The translations under genes and the position numbers were made by a program. From a virus: a stretch of 64,000 nt of DNA. The stretch is taken from positions 22,815-86,814 of IMG/VR virus record IMGVR_UViG_3300050026_000481. The stretch is one strand, 5' to 3'. The notes under the pieces are model-generated. The model did not search any database, had not been told where the DNA came from, and saw only the letters and a program-made list of their open reading frames with translations. Of the stretch, positions 37,200 through 48,400 are shown piece by piece. Each line of letters opens with the position of its first letter. The stretch's first letter is position 1.

Positions 37200-38426
37200 A
37201 TGGACGAAGCTAAAATGTCGCGGACAGAAATCTCCGCGATGATTAAAGAAATGCTTGGCCCCGAGCTGGAGTCAGTCAAGAAGGCTGCAGCGCAGCGTGA
37301 CAATCTTGCGACGCGCGCACTACTCGGTGGAGAGCAACCGGAAACTAAAGCACAGAAAGGCGAAGCAGTTGCACAGTTTATTAAAGCAATTGCAATGGGT
37401 AAAGGACAGCGCAGTGAATCGTTCGACTTTGCACAGAGAGTGTATGGTGACGCGAATATCGTTACTAAGGCCCTTAGTGCAAACCAAGACACCACAGGCG
37501 GGTTCCTCGTACCTGAGGTTCTCAGTACCGAGATAATCGAGTACCTGCGTCCAGCTTCAGTAATGAGGAGCATGGGTGCACGGATTATGCCACTGAACAA
37601 CCTTCAGATGAGCATACCCAAGATTACCGGCGGGGCGACGGCTAGTTATGTTGGTGAAAATGTCAACATCTCGGCAACCCAGCAATCCTTCGGGCAGATA
37701 ACCCTCGCAGCCAAGAAACTCGCTGCACTGGTGCCAATCTCGAACGAACTGCTGCAGGTTAACACTATCGCAGCCGACCAGATTGTAAGAGAGGATTTGG
37801 TTAAGGCAATGGCAATGCGTGAAGACCTCGCATTCATACGCGGAGACGGCACGGCAAACACGCCTAAAGGACTTCTTTCTTGGGTTGATTCAGGCAACGT
37901 ATTTTCGGCTAATGATACAATCTCTGCCGCATCGGCGACACACTGGAGTCTGGCAAACGTCACAACTGACCTTGCTAACTGCATGCTTCTGTTGAGAAAG
38001 GCCAACATACCGATGACGAACTGTGGCTGGATTATATCGCCCAGAACTGAATACTTCTTGATGACGATAAGGGACTCACTTGGTAACTATGCATTCCAGC
38101 CAGAGATGGCAACCGGAAAGCTGCTCAGGTTCCCGTACGCTGTCACGACACAAATCCCGGAGAACATCTACGACTCAACGAACTCAAGTTCACTTGCAAG
38201 TGAAGTCTACTTCGTGAACTTCGATGATATGTTCATCGGCGATGCGATGCAGGTTCGAATCGACGTTAGTAACACCGCGGCATACTACGACGGTGCAAAT
38301 GTTGTTGCTACGTTCTCTGAAGACCAGACGGTTATTCGAGCGGTTAGTATGCACGACTTCGCTGCACGCTACAACAAGGCAATCGCAGTAATGAACAATG
38401 TCATGTGGGGCACGGCCTCGACATAA
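37200..38426 (+). CDS. major capsid protein (HK97 fold)
   Basis: GGFLVPE, YVGE, KLAALVPISNELL, D.AFIRGDGT..PKG, IRAV..HDF. Confidence 0.95.
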   Translation: MDEAKMSRTEISAMIKEMLGPELESVKKAAAQRDNLATRALLGGEQPETKAQKGEAVAQFIKAIAMGKGQRSESFDFAQRVYGDANIVTKALSANQDTTGGFLVPEVLSTEIIEYLRPASVMRSMGARIMPLNNLQMSIPKITGGATASYVGENVNISATQQSFGQITLAAKKLAALVPISNELLQVNTIAADQIVREDLVKAMAMREDLAFIRGDGTANTPKGLLSWVDSGNVFSANDTISAASATHWSLANVTTDLANCMLLLRKANIPMTNCGWIISPRTEYFLMTIRDSLGNYAFQPEMATGKLLRFPYAVTTQIPENIYDSTNSSSLASEVYFVNFDDMFIGDAMQVRIDVSNTAAYYDGANVVATFSEDQTVIRAVSMHDFAARYNKAIAVMNNVMWGTAST

Positions 38427-38465
38427 GCACGTCACGAGTTAAAACTTTTTAGGAGTGATTAAAAA

Positions 38466-39119
38466 ATGAGATATTATGATATCTCAGGCCGCGTAGCGGT
38501 ATTCAACCTCGCTCACTCTGTGGCTTGCACGACGAACGATACCACTGTTCTTGCAGCAGGTTCAGCACAATCGGCAGTAGCCGATGCTATGAAATATGTT
38601 GACCGCACGGGGTACTACTCGTATATTGTTCAGGTTATCCTTCAGGATAATATGAGTGCTGGCTCTCAGACGCTCAGCCTTTCAGTACTATTAGAAAGCA
38701 GCACACCGACAGCCGCAACCGCCGCAGGGTGGACGGCAGGTAAGAGTGCTGTTACCTCGGTGTCTTCAGCAGACGCGAATTACAAACAGCTTTACCTCAA
38801 CTCGACTGGTTCGATAACTTCTGTCTCAGATAAAAAGAACTTTATTTCGGCAGGGTTCCAGGACCAGCCATATGTGTGGACATCGTACGGTGATATACAT
38901 CTAACCCCCGTCGTGATGGACGCACGAATCTTCGGTTCGCTGCGCGATGCTAAGGTGACAGGTAAATATATTGCACCTGTGGTGACGGTTGTAGCAACCG
39001 ATGCTGGAACTCGAACCATCACGTGCGACGTTAACCTTATACTCGGCGGCGGCGACAGGATGCCTGTTTTTGAGGCAGGCACATCAGGTACAAATACATA
39101 TTATTCAGATGGACAATAA
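38466..39119 (+). CDS. putative capsid decoration protein, paralog 1
   Basis: Directly after MCP; MRYYD..R, DRTGYYSY, YKQLYLN, DARIFGSLR, GKYIAP. Confidence 0.6.
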   Translation: MRYYDISGRVAVFNLAHSVACTTNDTTVLAAGSAQSAVADAMKYVDRTGYYSYIVQVILQDNMSAGSQTLSLSVLLESSTPTAATAAGWTAGKSAVTSVSSADANYKQLYLNSTGSITSVSDKKNFISAGFQDQPYVWTSYGDIHLTPVVMDARIFGSLRDAKVTGKYIAPVVTVVATDAGTRTITCDVNLILGGGDRMPVFEAGTSGTNTYYSDGQ

Positions 39120-39131
39120 GGAGATAAAATT

Positions 39132-39848
39132 ATGAGATATTACGATATTGGAACCCGCGCTCAAGTGTTCAGCCTTGGACGCGATATTCCGTGTGCAAGC
39201 ACCGCGGGGCCCACAACTACGATTCTTTGCCCAGCGGCAGGCTATAACAACACTACAGGTAGCAACGTTGCAGAGACGCCAACATCAGCGGCAACGACCC
39301 TTAATTATGCAACCCGTACGGGGTACTACTCGTACATTTTGCAGGTGGTTCTCACGGGCAATGCATCAATGCTGGTTGGTGACTATTTGACATTAGCAGT
39401 TAAAATGCAATCTTCGCCAGATTTAACATACTGGACTGACTTTACATCATACACATCGACTGATGTAGAACCCAACGCATACAAAACACTTTACCTGAAC
39501 CACACAGGTGCAACGGGTGCAACGGCATCCCAGTCATATGAGGTTCCGGTTTGTACAAGCACAAGCGACGCAGTTCCCAGCGTAGCAGGATTTGTAGCGC
39601 AGCCATATACATGGACGGCCGCAGGCTCAACGTCCGCGTCACCCGTAATCGACGCCAGAATCTTTGGCACGCTGCGAAAGAAAAACGTGACAGGGAAGTA
39701 TATAGCACCGTATATAACGGTGGCTAACTATGGCACGTCTGTTACTGCATACGCCAATGTGAACCTTATACTTGGCGCTGGCGACCAGATGCCTGTCATC
39801 GAAGGCGGCACGGCAGGCACGAGCACTTATTTCTCGAAAGGACAGTGA
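39132..39848 (+). CDS. putative capsid decoration protein, paralog 2
   Basis: Same motifs as 38466-39119. Confidence 0.6.
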   Translation: MRYYDIGTRAQVFSLGRDIPCASTAGPTTTILCPAAGYNNTTGSNVAETPTSAATTLNYATRTGYYSYILQVVLTGNASMLVGDYLTLAVKMQSSPDLTYWTDFTSYTSTDVEPNAYKTLYLNHTGATGATASQSYEVPVCTSTSDAVPSVAGFVAQPYTWTAAGSTSASPVIDARIFGTLRKKNVTGKYIAPYITVANYGTSVTAYANVNLILGAGDQMPVIEGGTAGTSTYFSKGQ

Positions 39849-39853
39849 TTTAA

Positions 39854-40555
39854 ATGAGATATTTTGACCTTTCCGGCCGCGTTCAGGTAATTAGCTTAGT
39901 TGATTCTGTAGGCGTTACGAATAGCACGCCAACAATTATCAGCCATGGTTCGGACCAGACTGCTACGGCACCTACGTACACTATGCCCTATGTTGACCGT
40001 ACGGGGTACTACTCGTACATCCTGCATATTGTCGTTAAGAGTGGATTAGAAGTAGGGCATACTCTTAGCCTGTCAGCTAAAATGCAGAGCGCAACGGATG
40101 TTACGTCTGCTTCAACGTGGACGTCAACATGCGCAGACTTCACCTCGCTGCAATCAACGGCAGGGGTAAAAGATGCGTACTACAAGCAGCTTTACCTCAA
40201 TACAACCGGAGCCGCGGCAGATTATGACGTTGTTGGCACGACGGCATTCCCAGCCGGATGGCGGGACCAGTGCTCAACCGTAGCAAATGCAACGTATGGT
40301 TGCGTCTACACCGCACCCTCAAGTGCAGCGTATACCAAACCAGTTGTATTTGACGCGCGCCTTATGGGCTCACTACGCAACGCTGAAGTCATTGGTAAGT
40401 ACATCGCTCCGTGGATTACGGTTGCAGATACGCACGCAACGCCCAACTCACCTAGTACCACAGTCAGCGCAAGCCTCATACTTACTGGCGACACGATGCC
40501 CGTGATAACGGGCGGCACGGCAGGCACGGACAACTACTACACAAAGGGGCAGTAA
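39854..40555 (+). CDS. putative capsid decoration protein, paralog 3
   Basis: Same motifs as 38466-39119. Confidence 0.6.
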   Translation: MRYFDLSGRVQVISLVDSVGVTNSTPTIISHGSDQTATAPTYTMPYVDRTGYYSYILHIVVKSGLEVGHTLSLSAKMQSATDVTSASTWTSTCADFTSLQSTAGVKDAYYKQLYLNTTGAAADYDVVGTTAFPAGWRDQCSTVANATYGCVYTAPSSAAYTKPVVFDARLMGSLRNAEVIGKYIAPWITVADTHATPNSPSTTVSASLILTGDTMPVITGGTAGTDNYYTKGQ

Positions 40556-40565
40556 GCCAATCCAA

Positions 40566-40757
40566 ATGAAAACGGTAGAATTTCTCGACCAAAACCCACC
40601 ATATCGAATCGGTGACATAGCGGGATTTGAGGATGAAATTGCTAAGAGGTTAGTAGAAGGCGGAAAAGCCAAATACTTCAAACCAGAAAAAGCAAAAAAC
40701 CTCGACTCGCCCCCCGAGGACAAAATGGTTCGGAGCGGCGAGATAAAAAAGAAATGA
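40566..40757 (+). CDS. small head-region protein
   Basis: V.F...YRIGDIAGF..EIAKRLVEGGKA...PPEDKMVR, a type commonly seen after capsid genes. Confidence 0.65.
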   Translation: MKTVEFLDQNPPYRIGDIAGFEDEIAKRLVEGGKAKYFKPEKAKNLDSPPEDKMVRSGEIKKK

Positions 40758-40790
40758 GCGTCTTCAAGGCGCTCACCACCCTTTTTCATT
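40755..40790 (+). terminator. hairpin plus T-tract after the capsid block
   Basis: TGAGCGTC-ttcaa-GGCGCTCA...CTTTTT. Confidence 0.55.
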
Positions 40791-40809
40791 TAACACGGAG
40801 GGGAATCAA

Positions 40810-42207
40810 GTGACAAATATTCCTATTAGTGCTGATTTTGGAGGCAACCTGTGTGCTCCCCTTTTGAATAGAGTAGCCACTGAAGATATCCAAGACGGTG
40901 CGGTCACCCCGCAAAAGCTTTATGCAGGCGGAACTGAGACTACGTACATCTGGGTATCCGCGGCAGACGGCAACGATACTACAGGCACAGGTTCAGTTAC
41001 CGCACCATATGCCACGATAACCAAAGCGTTTTCGGTGGTAACAGCGGCGCGCAATACTATTTACGTTTTACCTGGTACATATACAGAAGCATCGATTTTG
41101 ACATGGCCAAACGTCAATAATGTACAATTAATCGGACTTGACTGGGGTGGCAACGTTACCATCACCGCGCCCGCTGACGGCGGTGCTGAGGTTATACTAA
41201 TAAACCCGACATTCACGTCAGCAACACTCTCAGCGTTCATTGAAAATGTCTTAATATACCACGGCAACTCAAAAATCGGCGTAAAGATAGACAACGCGCA
41301 CATGGGAAGCCGGAAGCTTATGGTGTACCTATTGACCGTACCAACGTACGGCTCTGGTAATTCTGTTGATATGAGCCACACGGTAACCGGCCAGGCCATT
41401 AGACTCTACATGGTGAACTGCGATGAGGTTACTGGGTTAGTAAACTTACTTACCACTACTACAGACGACCGATTCAGATTTAGGAACTGTACACTTATTG
41501 GTGGAGTAACAAACACTGGAGCGATAGCATCCGAGATTACGTTTATTGATTCCGTACTATTAACCAGCGGTCTTACCACAGACGGAGCTAATGTTCTCAC
41601 TCTTGTGGGAAGCGTTTACCGGACTTCTACAACAGGAGTGTACACCCCAGCAATAACCGGCGCACAACTAGCCGCTGCCGCGGGCATAACCGGCTCACAG
41701 ATAGCAAGCACGACGGTCGCGGCTGGAAATATACTAGGCAATACAATAACCACAAGCCAGATTAGCACAACGGCTGGCATACTCGGCTCGCAACTCGGGC
41801 AGGGCACGACGCACGTCCTGACGGGAACTGTAGCTTTCGGTGACACGACAGGCGCCATCACAGGAATGACAATCCCTGCGAAGTCACTTGTCACGGACGT
41901 TATCGCAGTACCGGCGGCGGTGTTCAATGGGGCTACGTTTTCAATATCTATTGAGGACAGCGGCGCTCCGGCAGGGTTCTTACCAGCAATGACTCTCCTG
42001 AACAGCACCCTTACTGTGGTGAATGTTGCGGTCGGTGCTGACCCATCAACGCGCGGACCGCTACTGTGGAATAGTACCACGGGTGCTACGTGCCCCATAA
42101 CGGCGTATTATAACAGTACTGATGCCGTCCACGCGACAATCTCAAAATCAGGTTCACCGAGTACAGGTTCACTGAAAGTCTATTGTGTCTATGTGGCTCT
42201 AGCATGA
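40810..42207 (+). CDS. putative head fibre/spike with pectin-lyase-like beta-helix
   Basis: IQDGAVTPQKL; YIWVS..DGND..GTGS..APYATITKA..IYVLPGTYTE; ITGSQI repeats. Confidence 0.6.
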   Translation: MTNIPISADFGGNLCAPLLNRVATEDIQDGAVTPQKLYAGGTETTYIWVSAADGNDTTGTGSVTAPYATITKAFSVVTAARNTIYVLPGTYTEASILTWPNVNNVQLIGLDWGGNVTITAPADGGAEVILINPTFTSATLSAFIENVLIYHGNSKIGVKIDNAHMGSRKLMVYLLTVPTYGSGNSVDMSHTVTGQAIRLYMVNCDEVTGLVNLLTTTTDDRFRFRNCTLIGGVTNTGAIASEITFIDSVLLTSGLTTDGANVLTLVGSVYRTSTTGVYTPAITGAQLAAAAGITGSQIASTTVAAGNILGNTITTSQISTTAGILGSQLGQGTTHVLTGTVAFGDTTGAITGMTIPAKSLVTDVIAVPAAVFNGATFSISIEDSGAPAGFLPAMTLLNSTLTVVNVAVGADPSTRGPLLWNSTTGATCPITAYYNSTDAVHATISKSGSPSTGSLKVYCVYVALA

Positions 42208-42219
42208 GGTGATAAAAAA

Positions 42220-42645
42220 ATGACATTTCCAACAAGCGGAACATCAAGAATAGGCATAGACACCGCAGGCGACATGAGCGGCGCAGCGTATAGCGCCGAC
42301 GGTTCCGCGAAAATCGAATGGGCCGCACTACTCAATTCAGTCATAAGCAACGGTACGGTTAACACAGCAACTACAGCACCTACGGCTATCGTATCTGGTT
42401 CGTTTACTGAGGCGAACACGAACATACACCCCTTCGCGGCGGTTTCAACACCCTGCGGGTCAAAGATAACGGTAGTCGCGGATGCACTGAATAACGCGGC
42501 GGGCGTCCTCGTTGGCGGCGCGGCCCCGGCATATCCGCTGTACCCCGGCCAGTCAGTTGTTATAGCCATTAACGACCTAGCGAACGTCTATTACCAATTC
42601 GGCGCCCACGTAGGCGATAAGATTTACTTTATACAGTCAGCTTAA
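42220..42645 (+). CDS. putative virion structural protein
   Basis: Small beta-rich protein, YPLYPGQSVVIAINDLANVY. Confidence 0.55.
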   Translation: MTFPTSGTSRIGIDTAGDMSGAAYSADGSAKIEWAALLNSVISNGTVNTATTAPTAIVSGSFTEANTNIHPFAAVSTPCGSKITVVADALNNAAGVLVGGAAPAYPLYPGQSVVIAINDLANVYYQFGAHVGDKIYFIQSA

Positions 42646-42653
42646 ATGCATAA

Positions 42654-43010
42654 ATGACCTACCGCATAAAAAAGCTCAAGCACGAAACCGGTTGGGATGC
42701 AGTACCGATAGACCCCCGCCTTTCGCAATGGAACGCCGAACGCGACGCTAAAACAAACTCACAGCACATTGAAGCAAGAGTTTACCCACCAAAGGTAAAA
42801 GAGCGAAGCGGTATCCTACCCCCGCTTGAAGAGCTACGAAATTGTACTACGTGTGTTAAAGGCCGTAAATTACCAGAAGAGGATTTAACTCCCGACCAGT
42901 ACTGCCGCCAATGCCGGTGGGATATACACACGCACCGCGGAAACAATCATTTCGATAACGACTGTACATATTACGTCAGAATGAGAAATGAAGATATTCG
43001 TTTACTATAA
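42654..43010 (+). CDS. Cys-rich protein, paralog of 54249-54608
   Basis: PPKV...NCxTCxKGR.LP...C.WD.HTH.G.N. Confidence 0.65.
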   Translation: MTYRIKKLKHETGWDAVPIDPRLSQWNAERDAKTNSQHIEARVYPPKVKERSGILPPLEELRNCTTCVKGRKLPEEDLTPDQYCRQCRWDIHTHRGNNHFDNDCTYYVRMRNEDIRLL

Positions 43011-43012
43011 CA

Positions 43013-43639
43013 ATGAAAATCTTTATTCCGTATACTAGCATCCTGCCGGAAACGTTGAAGTGCCTTGAGCCGTACGATTACACCCCAGTTAAAATGGTCG
43101 AAGAAAATGATTATCCGCACTACTTCCAAAAAAGATGGGAAGAGGGTGAGAGTTTCATCACCATCGAACACGACACGGTATTTGAACCCGGTGCTATTGA
43201 AGAACTCGAAAACTGCCCTGAAGAGTGGTGCGCGTATTCTATCGGTGGGTATGACGCGGTATGGGACAAAGAAAACGCGAAAGTGAAGATTCTACCTTAC
43301 AGTATAAAACACTTCGTTGACGGAATAGCCCCAACACTTGCCCTTATAAAGTTCGAGAGTAGCTTCATTAAAAAATATCCAGACCTTTGGGACGGACTTC
43401 CGGAAAGAACCGACCTCAAGCAACGGTGGATGTGGTGTGATGGGTGGCTGGACGGCTACACGCGCTCAAGAGATATTCTGTGTCACCAGCATTATAAAAA
43501 TGTTATTAACGCAAACCCAAAATACAAAACGTTACTGGAACTAGAAAAAACGGGAAGAATCCACTTGTTTGAAACAATAGAAGGCGCAAGGGCGCGCGTG
43601 CATATGCCTACAATTTCGGTTGAAAATAACATTTTATGA
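43013..43639 (+). CDS. putative GT-A fold glycosyltransferase
   Basis: IFIPYT first strand, FITIEHD (DxD-like), LALIKF, W.WCD, HQH. Confidence 0.55.
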   Translation: MKIFIPYTSILPETLKCLEPYDYTPVKMVEENDYPHYFQKRWEEGESFITIEHDTVFEPGAIEELENCPEEWCAYSIGGYDAVWDKENAKVKILPYSIKHFVDGIAPTLALIKFESSFIKKYPDLWDGLPERTDLKQRWMWCDGWLDGYTRSRDILCHQHYKNVINANPKYKTLLELEKTGRIHLFETIEGARARVHMPTISVENNIL

Positions 43640-44175
43640 TGAATACGTTAGAATCTTTGGCGAAAAAATATCCTACGGACAAGTTTACCGTACACCCTTA
43701 CCTAGAGGTGTACAAAAATTTGTTTGATTCTATACGGGCCGACATAAAAAACGTATTGGAGATGGGGGTTCAATATGGCTATTCGTTCTCCTTATGGAAC
43801 GATTACTTCTTTAATGCCCATATTTGCGGCATAGATATTGTGGATTTGCGTCCAAGTACGTTTCAAATGTCGAATCGCATGTCTTTTCATAAAGGGGATG
43901 CGTATGATACCACTTTTATACAAAAGATTGCTAAAAAAACGTTTGACGTTCTAATTGACGATGGCCCCCACACCCTACCCTCTATGCTGTTTTTCGCTAA
44001 ACATTATAGTAAACTTTTGAGTCTTGGTGGGGTCTTGATTATCGAGGATATCCCCGACCTAAATTGGACCCCTCAGATTATCTCGGCCCTTCCAAACAAA
44101 TGCGTTACAAAGATTATAAATGGAAAAAGTGTAACGGGGGAGATTGTCGTAGTTGCACAGGAGTGCGCATCGTGA
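43636..44175 (+). CDS. class I SAM-dependent methyltransferase (glycan O-methyltransferase-like)
   Basis: TDK...H.Y...Y, VLEMGVQYGYS, GIDI, FDVLIDDGPH, GGVLIIED. Confidence 0.85.
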   Translation: MMNTLESLAKKYPTDKFTVHPYLEVYKNLFDSIRADIKNVLEMGVQYGYSFSLWNDYFFNAHICGIDIVDLRPSTFQMSNRMSFHKGDAYDTTFIQKIAKKTFDVLIDDGPHTLPSMLFFAKHYSKLLSLGGVLIIEDIPDLNWTPQIISALPNKCVTKIINGKSVTGEIVVVAQECAS

Positions 44176-44867
44176 TGAATGTGTTTGTACCCTTCACCGA
44201 GATTCAGCCAGAGACTAAAGAATGTCTTGCGCCGTACGATTACACCCCAGTAGAGATGGTGAACGATGATGACTATCTACATTATTTCCAACAGCGATGG
44301 AACGAAAAAGAATCGTTCATTAACTGCGAACATGATACTATTTTCGAGCGCGGGGCAATCGAAGAGTTAGAAAACTGCTCGGAAGAATGGTGTGCCTTTG
44401 GTGTTTGGGGAAACGAAATAGTATGGGACCAAGAAAGCAGCAAGGCCACAACTAAGCATTTCCACGAAAAGCATTTCGTTGACGGAAATGTGGCAACATT
44501 GGCCCTTATGAAGTTTGGACAGAAGTTTATAGCGGCACATCCGGCTATTTGGGATGAAATGGCGGCTAGTAAATTTATAGATATACCGATGTGGAGGTGG
44601 TGTGATTTGTGGTTGGATAATTATACACAAGAGAACTGCCACCAGCATTACCCCCGAGTAATCAACGCAAATCCACTTTACCCCTCATCAGAAGAATTAG
44701 AGGATATAGCGAGGAGAAATGAAATGGTCTTAGAAGAAGAAGGAACTGTAGGAATAGATACTGGAGCAGCGGCAGGTGTGCATATGCCGACGGTAATGGT
44801 TGAAAATAATATTCTGGATAAAAACGGAAAACGGATTAAAAAGGAAAGTGAGGAGTTAGAAAAATGA
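44175..44867 (+). CDS. putative GT-A fold glycosyltransferase, paralog of 43013-43639
   Basis: VFVPFT, PYDYTPV, FINCEHD, GAIEELENC.EEWCA, VHMPTV.VENNIL shared with the paralog. Confidence 0.55.
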   Translation: MNVFVPFTEIQPETKECLAPYDYTPVEMVNDDDYLHYFQQRWNEKESFINCEHDTIFERGAIEELENCSEEWCAFGVWGNEIVWDQESSKATTKHFHEKHFVDGNVATLALMKFGQKFIAAHPAIWDEMAASKFIDIPMWRWCDLWLDNYTQENCHQHYPRVINANPLYPSSEELEDIARRNEMVLEEEGTVGIDTGAAAGVHMPTVMVENNILDKNGKRIKKESEELEK

Positions 44868-45343
44868 CATCAGGAGTTTATGATAATTTTATGGTCAAGA
44901 TAATGACCGGACAGCTTGGAGCATCTGCAATGGTCGCGGCTAACACGGGCGGCGGAACGTTCCCCGGCGTGTACAGTATGTTGTCAAACGGGCAACCAAC
45001 GCAGACCCTATCAACGGCTAACTGTGAGTATGACCACGTTGAATCCCAAATAAGCGCAACAAACGGCTACGTTTTGGGGGGTAGTGCGGTTAACACCCTC
45101 GTACCAACGATGACGTCGCACGTTACGGGTATAAAAACAAACGCAAACCTTGTGTACACCACGACCCAGACACTAACCGCACAGTGGTTAAATCTGCAGT
45201 TCGCTCTGACGGCGCTCACGACTGCAGCGAACCCATTAATGTGCTTCCTTGATATGGGCGCACAGAGTGTGACTAGCGGAACCCTAACGATAGCCTGGAA
45301 CAGTAACGGCATATTCACACTGACGGTAGCGGCAGCAGGTTAA
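44864..45343 (+). CDS. small virion protein of the GY..GG / W...G.F family, paralog A
   Basis: GVYDNF...NGYVLGG...PLMCFLDMG.QSVTSGTLTIAWNSNGIFTL. Confidence 0.6.
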   Translation: MTSGVYDNFMVKIMTGQLGASAMVAANTGGGTFPGVYSMLSNGQPTQTLSTANCEYDHVESQISATNGYVLGGSAVNTLVPTMTSHVTGIKTNANLVYTTTQTLTAQWLNLQFALTALTTAANPLMCFLDMGAQSVTSGTLTIAWNSNGIFTLTVAAAG

Positions 45344-45351
45344 ACACGTGA

Positions 45352-45391
45352 GGGCATCACCTCCGTGTGCCCCCATTTTCTTTTCTTTTTC
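45352..45391 (+). terminator. hairpin with TCACCTCC loop plus T-tract
   Basis: GGGCA-tcacctccgtg-TGCCC followed by ATTTTCTTTTCTTTTT. Confidence 0.55.
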
Positions 45392-45412
45392 TAGCGTTAG
45401 CGGAGGCTTTCT

Positions 45413-48400
45413 GTGACTAGCAGTGAATGGACGGAAACTACTACACCCAATGTAGCTGCCGCAACAATTGCGCCAACAGTCACGGTACGGTTGTGTTATA
45501 TTGGTCTTCCTACAGCACCCAATGTATCTGCTGCAACTGCCGCAGCGACACACGCTTCTGCTATTACTCAATCAACACCCCCGAACGTAGCTGCTAATAT
45601 CGTTGCCGTTACAAAAGCGTTAGCAATTACCGCGCCGACACCGCCGAACGCATCAGTAGATACCATAGCGCCGACCTATGCGACTAGCTCTAGTATCACC
45701 CCCTCTGTTATTCCAGACGTGGCCGCTGCGACAGTAGCACCAACGATTGCTGAAACGGATACTATCACGCTTGTTACTATACCCAACGTGGGTGTGGCAA
45801 TCGTATCACCAACGGTAGGGTCTAGTTTCACGCAACCAATACCACAGGACGTGGCCATCACTACTGTAGCACCAAGCGTCGCGGTGAAGTTGTGTTATAT
45901 TGGCCTCCCTACAGCCCCTAACGCATCGGTGGCGCCGGCAGCACCCACACTTGCTTCTGCTATTACTCAATCGACACCACCGAACGTTGCAGCAGCGATT
46001 GTCGCTGTAACCCAAACTTTATGGATTACTCAACCATCACCACCGGATGTAGTTGTTACGGCCATCGCCCCGACAATTGCCACGTCAGATACTATTACAC
46101 TTGGCACACCACAAGACGTAGCCGTGACGACCGGCACCCCAACGATTGCAACATCAAGTACTATTACGCTTGTTACTATCCCTGATGTGGGTGTTGCTAT
46201 CGTATCCCCAACGGTAGACGCAGGTGTTACGCAACCAACTCCACTCAACGTATCTGGTGCGATAGTCAGCCCGACGGTTGGCTTGGGTGTTACGTCTACA
46301 GTTCCAGATGTTGAGGCCTCCGTTATCTTGCCGTCGGTTGTAATAGTTGAAGGGGTTGAATGGACACAAACCATTACCCTGGATGTAACTGCCGCAACCG
46401 TAGCTCCGACACTCGCTACCTCAAGCGACATAACCCCACTAGTAGTACCCGACGTATCCGCAGCGACAATCGCTCCAACGATAGCAACTTCAGATACTAT
46501 TACGCTTGGTATACCCTCAGATGTAGCCGCTACGATATTCACCCCAACACTTGCCAGTTCAAGTAATATAACACCATCAATTCCCGACGTAACTACATCC
46601 ACACTCACGGCTACGATTGGATTGGCAATATCTGCAGTAAGCCAAGACATAGCTATCGAAGCGCTAATCCCCAACATCGGTTCAGCACTTATCCCCTTAG
46701 TACCGGATGTCGGCGCTGATATCATACTACCGCCGATTTCCACTTTTGAGGGCGCATCGTGGACGGAATCACTTGCGCCCGATGTTGCCGCAGTGATACT
46801 AGCGCCGTCGCTAGCCACTTCAAGTAACATAACGCCTTTATCAACCCCTAACGTAGCGGCAACTACAGTAGCGCCAACTATTGCCACATCAGACACTATC
46901 ATACTCGGCGCACCACAAGACGTAGCAGTAACAACTATCGCACCGATGATTGCTGAAACGGATACCATCTCACTTGTTACTATTCCAAACGTTGGCGTTG
47001 CTATAGTATCCCCAACACTAAGTGCATGTATCACCCCCACAGTTCCGAACGTAGCCACTTCGACAGTAACCCCCTCGCTTGCAGCGGCATTAACGCAATC
47101 CGTGCAGCCTGATGTTGGCATTACAACTATAGTGCCAACCATATCAGCATCAAGCGAAATTGTATTGGGTACCGTTCAGAACATAGCGGTTACTACCCTA
47201 GCCCCAACACTTGCCACGTCAAGTGATATAACCCCTTCGATAATCCCTGACGTAGCAGCAGAGGTTATACTGCCATCGGTTGCTACATTTTCGGGAGTTT
47301 TATGGACGGAATCTAGTACTCCTGATGTTGCCGTAGCAGTAATTAGTTCTACAATCGGCATCGGTATTGCGCAAACAACCGTACCTACTACTGTCGTAGC
47401 GGCAGTAAGTCCGACGTTAGGGGTCGATGTGACTGCACCCATTCTGAATGTGGATGTTGCAACTTACGCGCCGATACTCTCAACGTCAAGTAATATAACG
47501 ACTTTATCAACCCCCAACGTAGCCGCCGAAACTATTGCGTCTACTTTAGGGTTGGGATTATCTGCTGCGTGTCCTGATGTAGCAACTGTAACAATAAACC
47601 CGGCTATCGGGTCAGGCATCATACCCTCGGTTCCGAACGCTGGTGCTACTATTATACTACCATCAGTATCCGAAGGCGTCTTGTGGATTGAATCATCCTC
47701 ACCAAATGTAGCCGCCGTAGCAATCAATTCTACAATCAGTAATGCTATCGCGCAAACGACTGTACCCAATACGGTCGTAGCAGCTGTAAATCCAACGCTA
47801 GGAATCAGTGTAACCTCACCTACTCCGAGTTCAAGTGCGGCAACCCACGCGCCAGAGATAGCCACAAGTTCGACTATCACCCCAGTAGTTCCGAACGTCG
47901 GGGCTACAGTACTCCTTCCACAGGTGTCAACATCTGAAGAAGGGAGCTGGACAGAAGTTACTGCGCCTGATGTAGCTACGTCAGTAATACATCCATTACT
48001 CAGTTTTGGTATCACTCAAACGGCGGTTCCGTATGCCACAGCACAGACAGTTACTGCCGCTATAGGTACAGGCGTACAACCAGCACCTCAAGCGGTAACG
48101 GCAGCAACAGCCACAACGGCGCAGGGACTTGGCATATCGCAATCAATATTATCGAACGTATCCGCACAAACTATATCCCCAACTCTAGCCGCGAGTTCGA
48201 CTATTACACCCTTAGCGGTTCCAAACGTAGGCGCAACCGTCGTAAAGCCAAGCATTAGGGCAATGCCGTGGTATGCGCGCAGGACGATGACAGAAAATGT
48301 TGCTAACTCACGTACTGAATCGGGGTATATAATCAATTCACTTACTGAAGTGGATGGCGTAGTTAACTCATTTACATTCAGCGAGGACTTAGAAAACTCG

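Noticed and set aside
46030-48015. Long minus-strand ORFs (e.g. 370 aa) opposite Thr-rich genes
   Set aside because: Shadow frames produced by the low-complexity codon usage of the + strand gene; no RBS or motifs.
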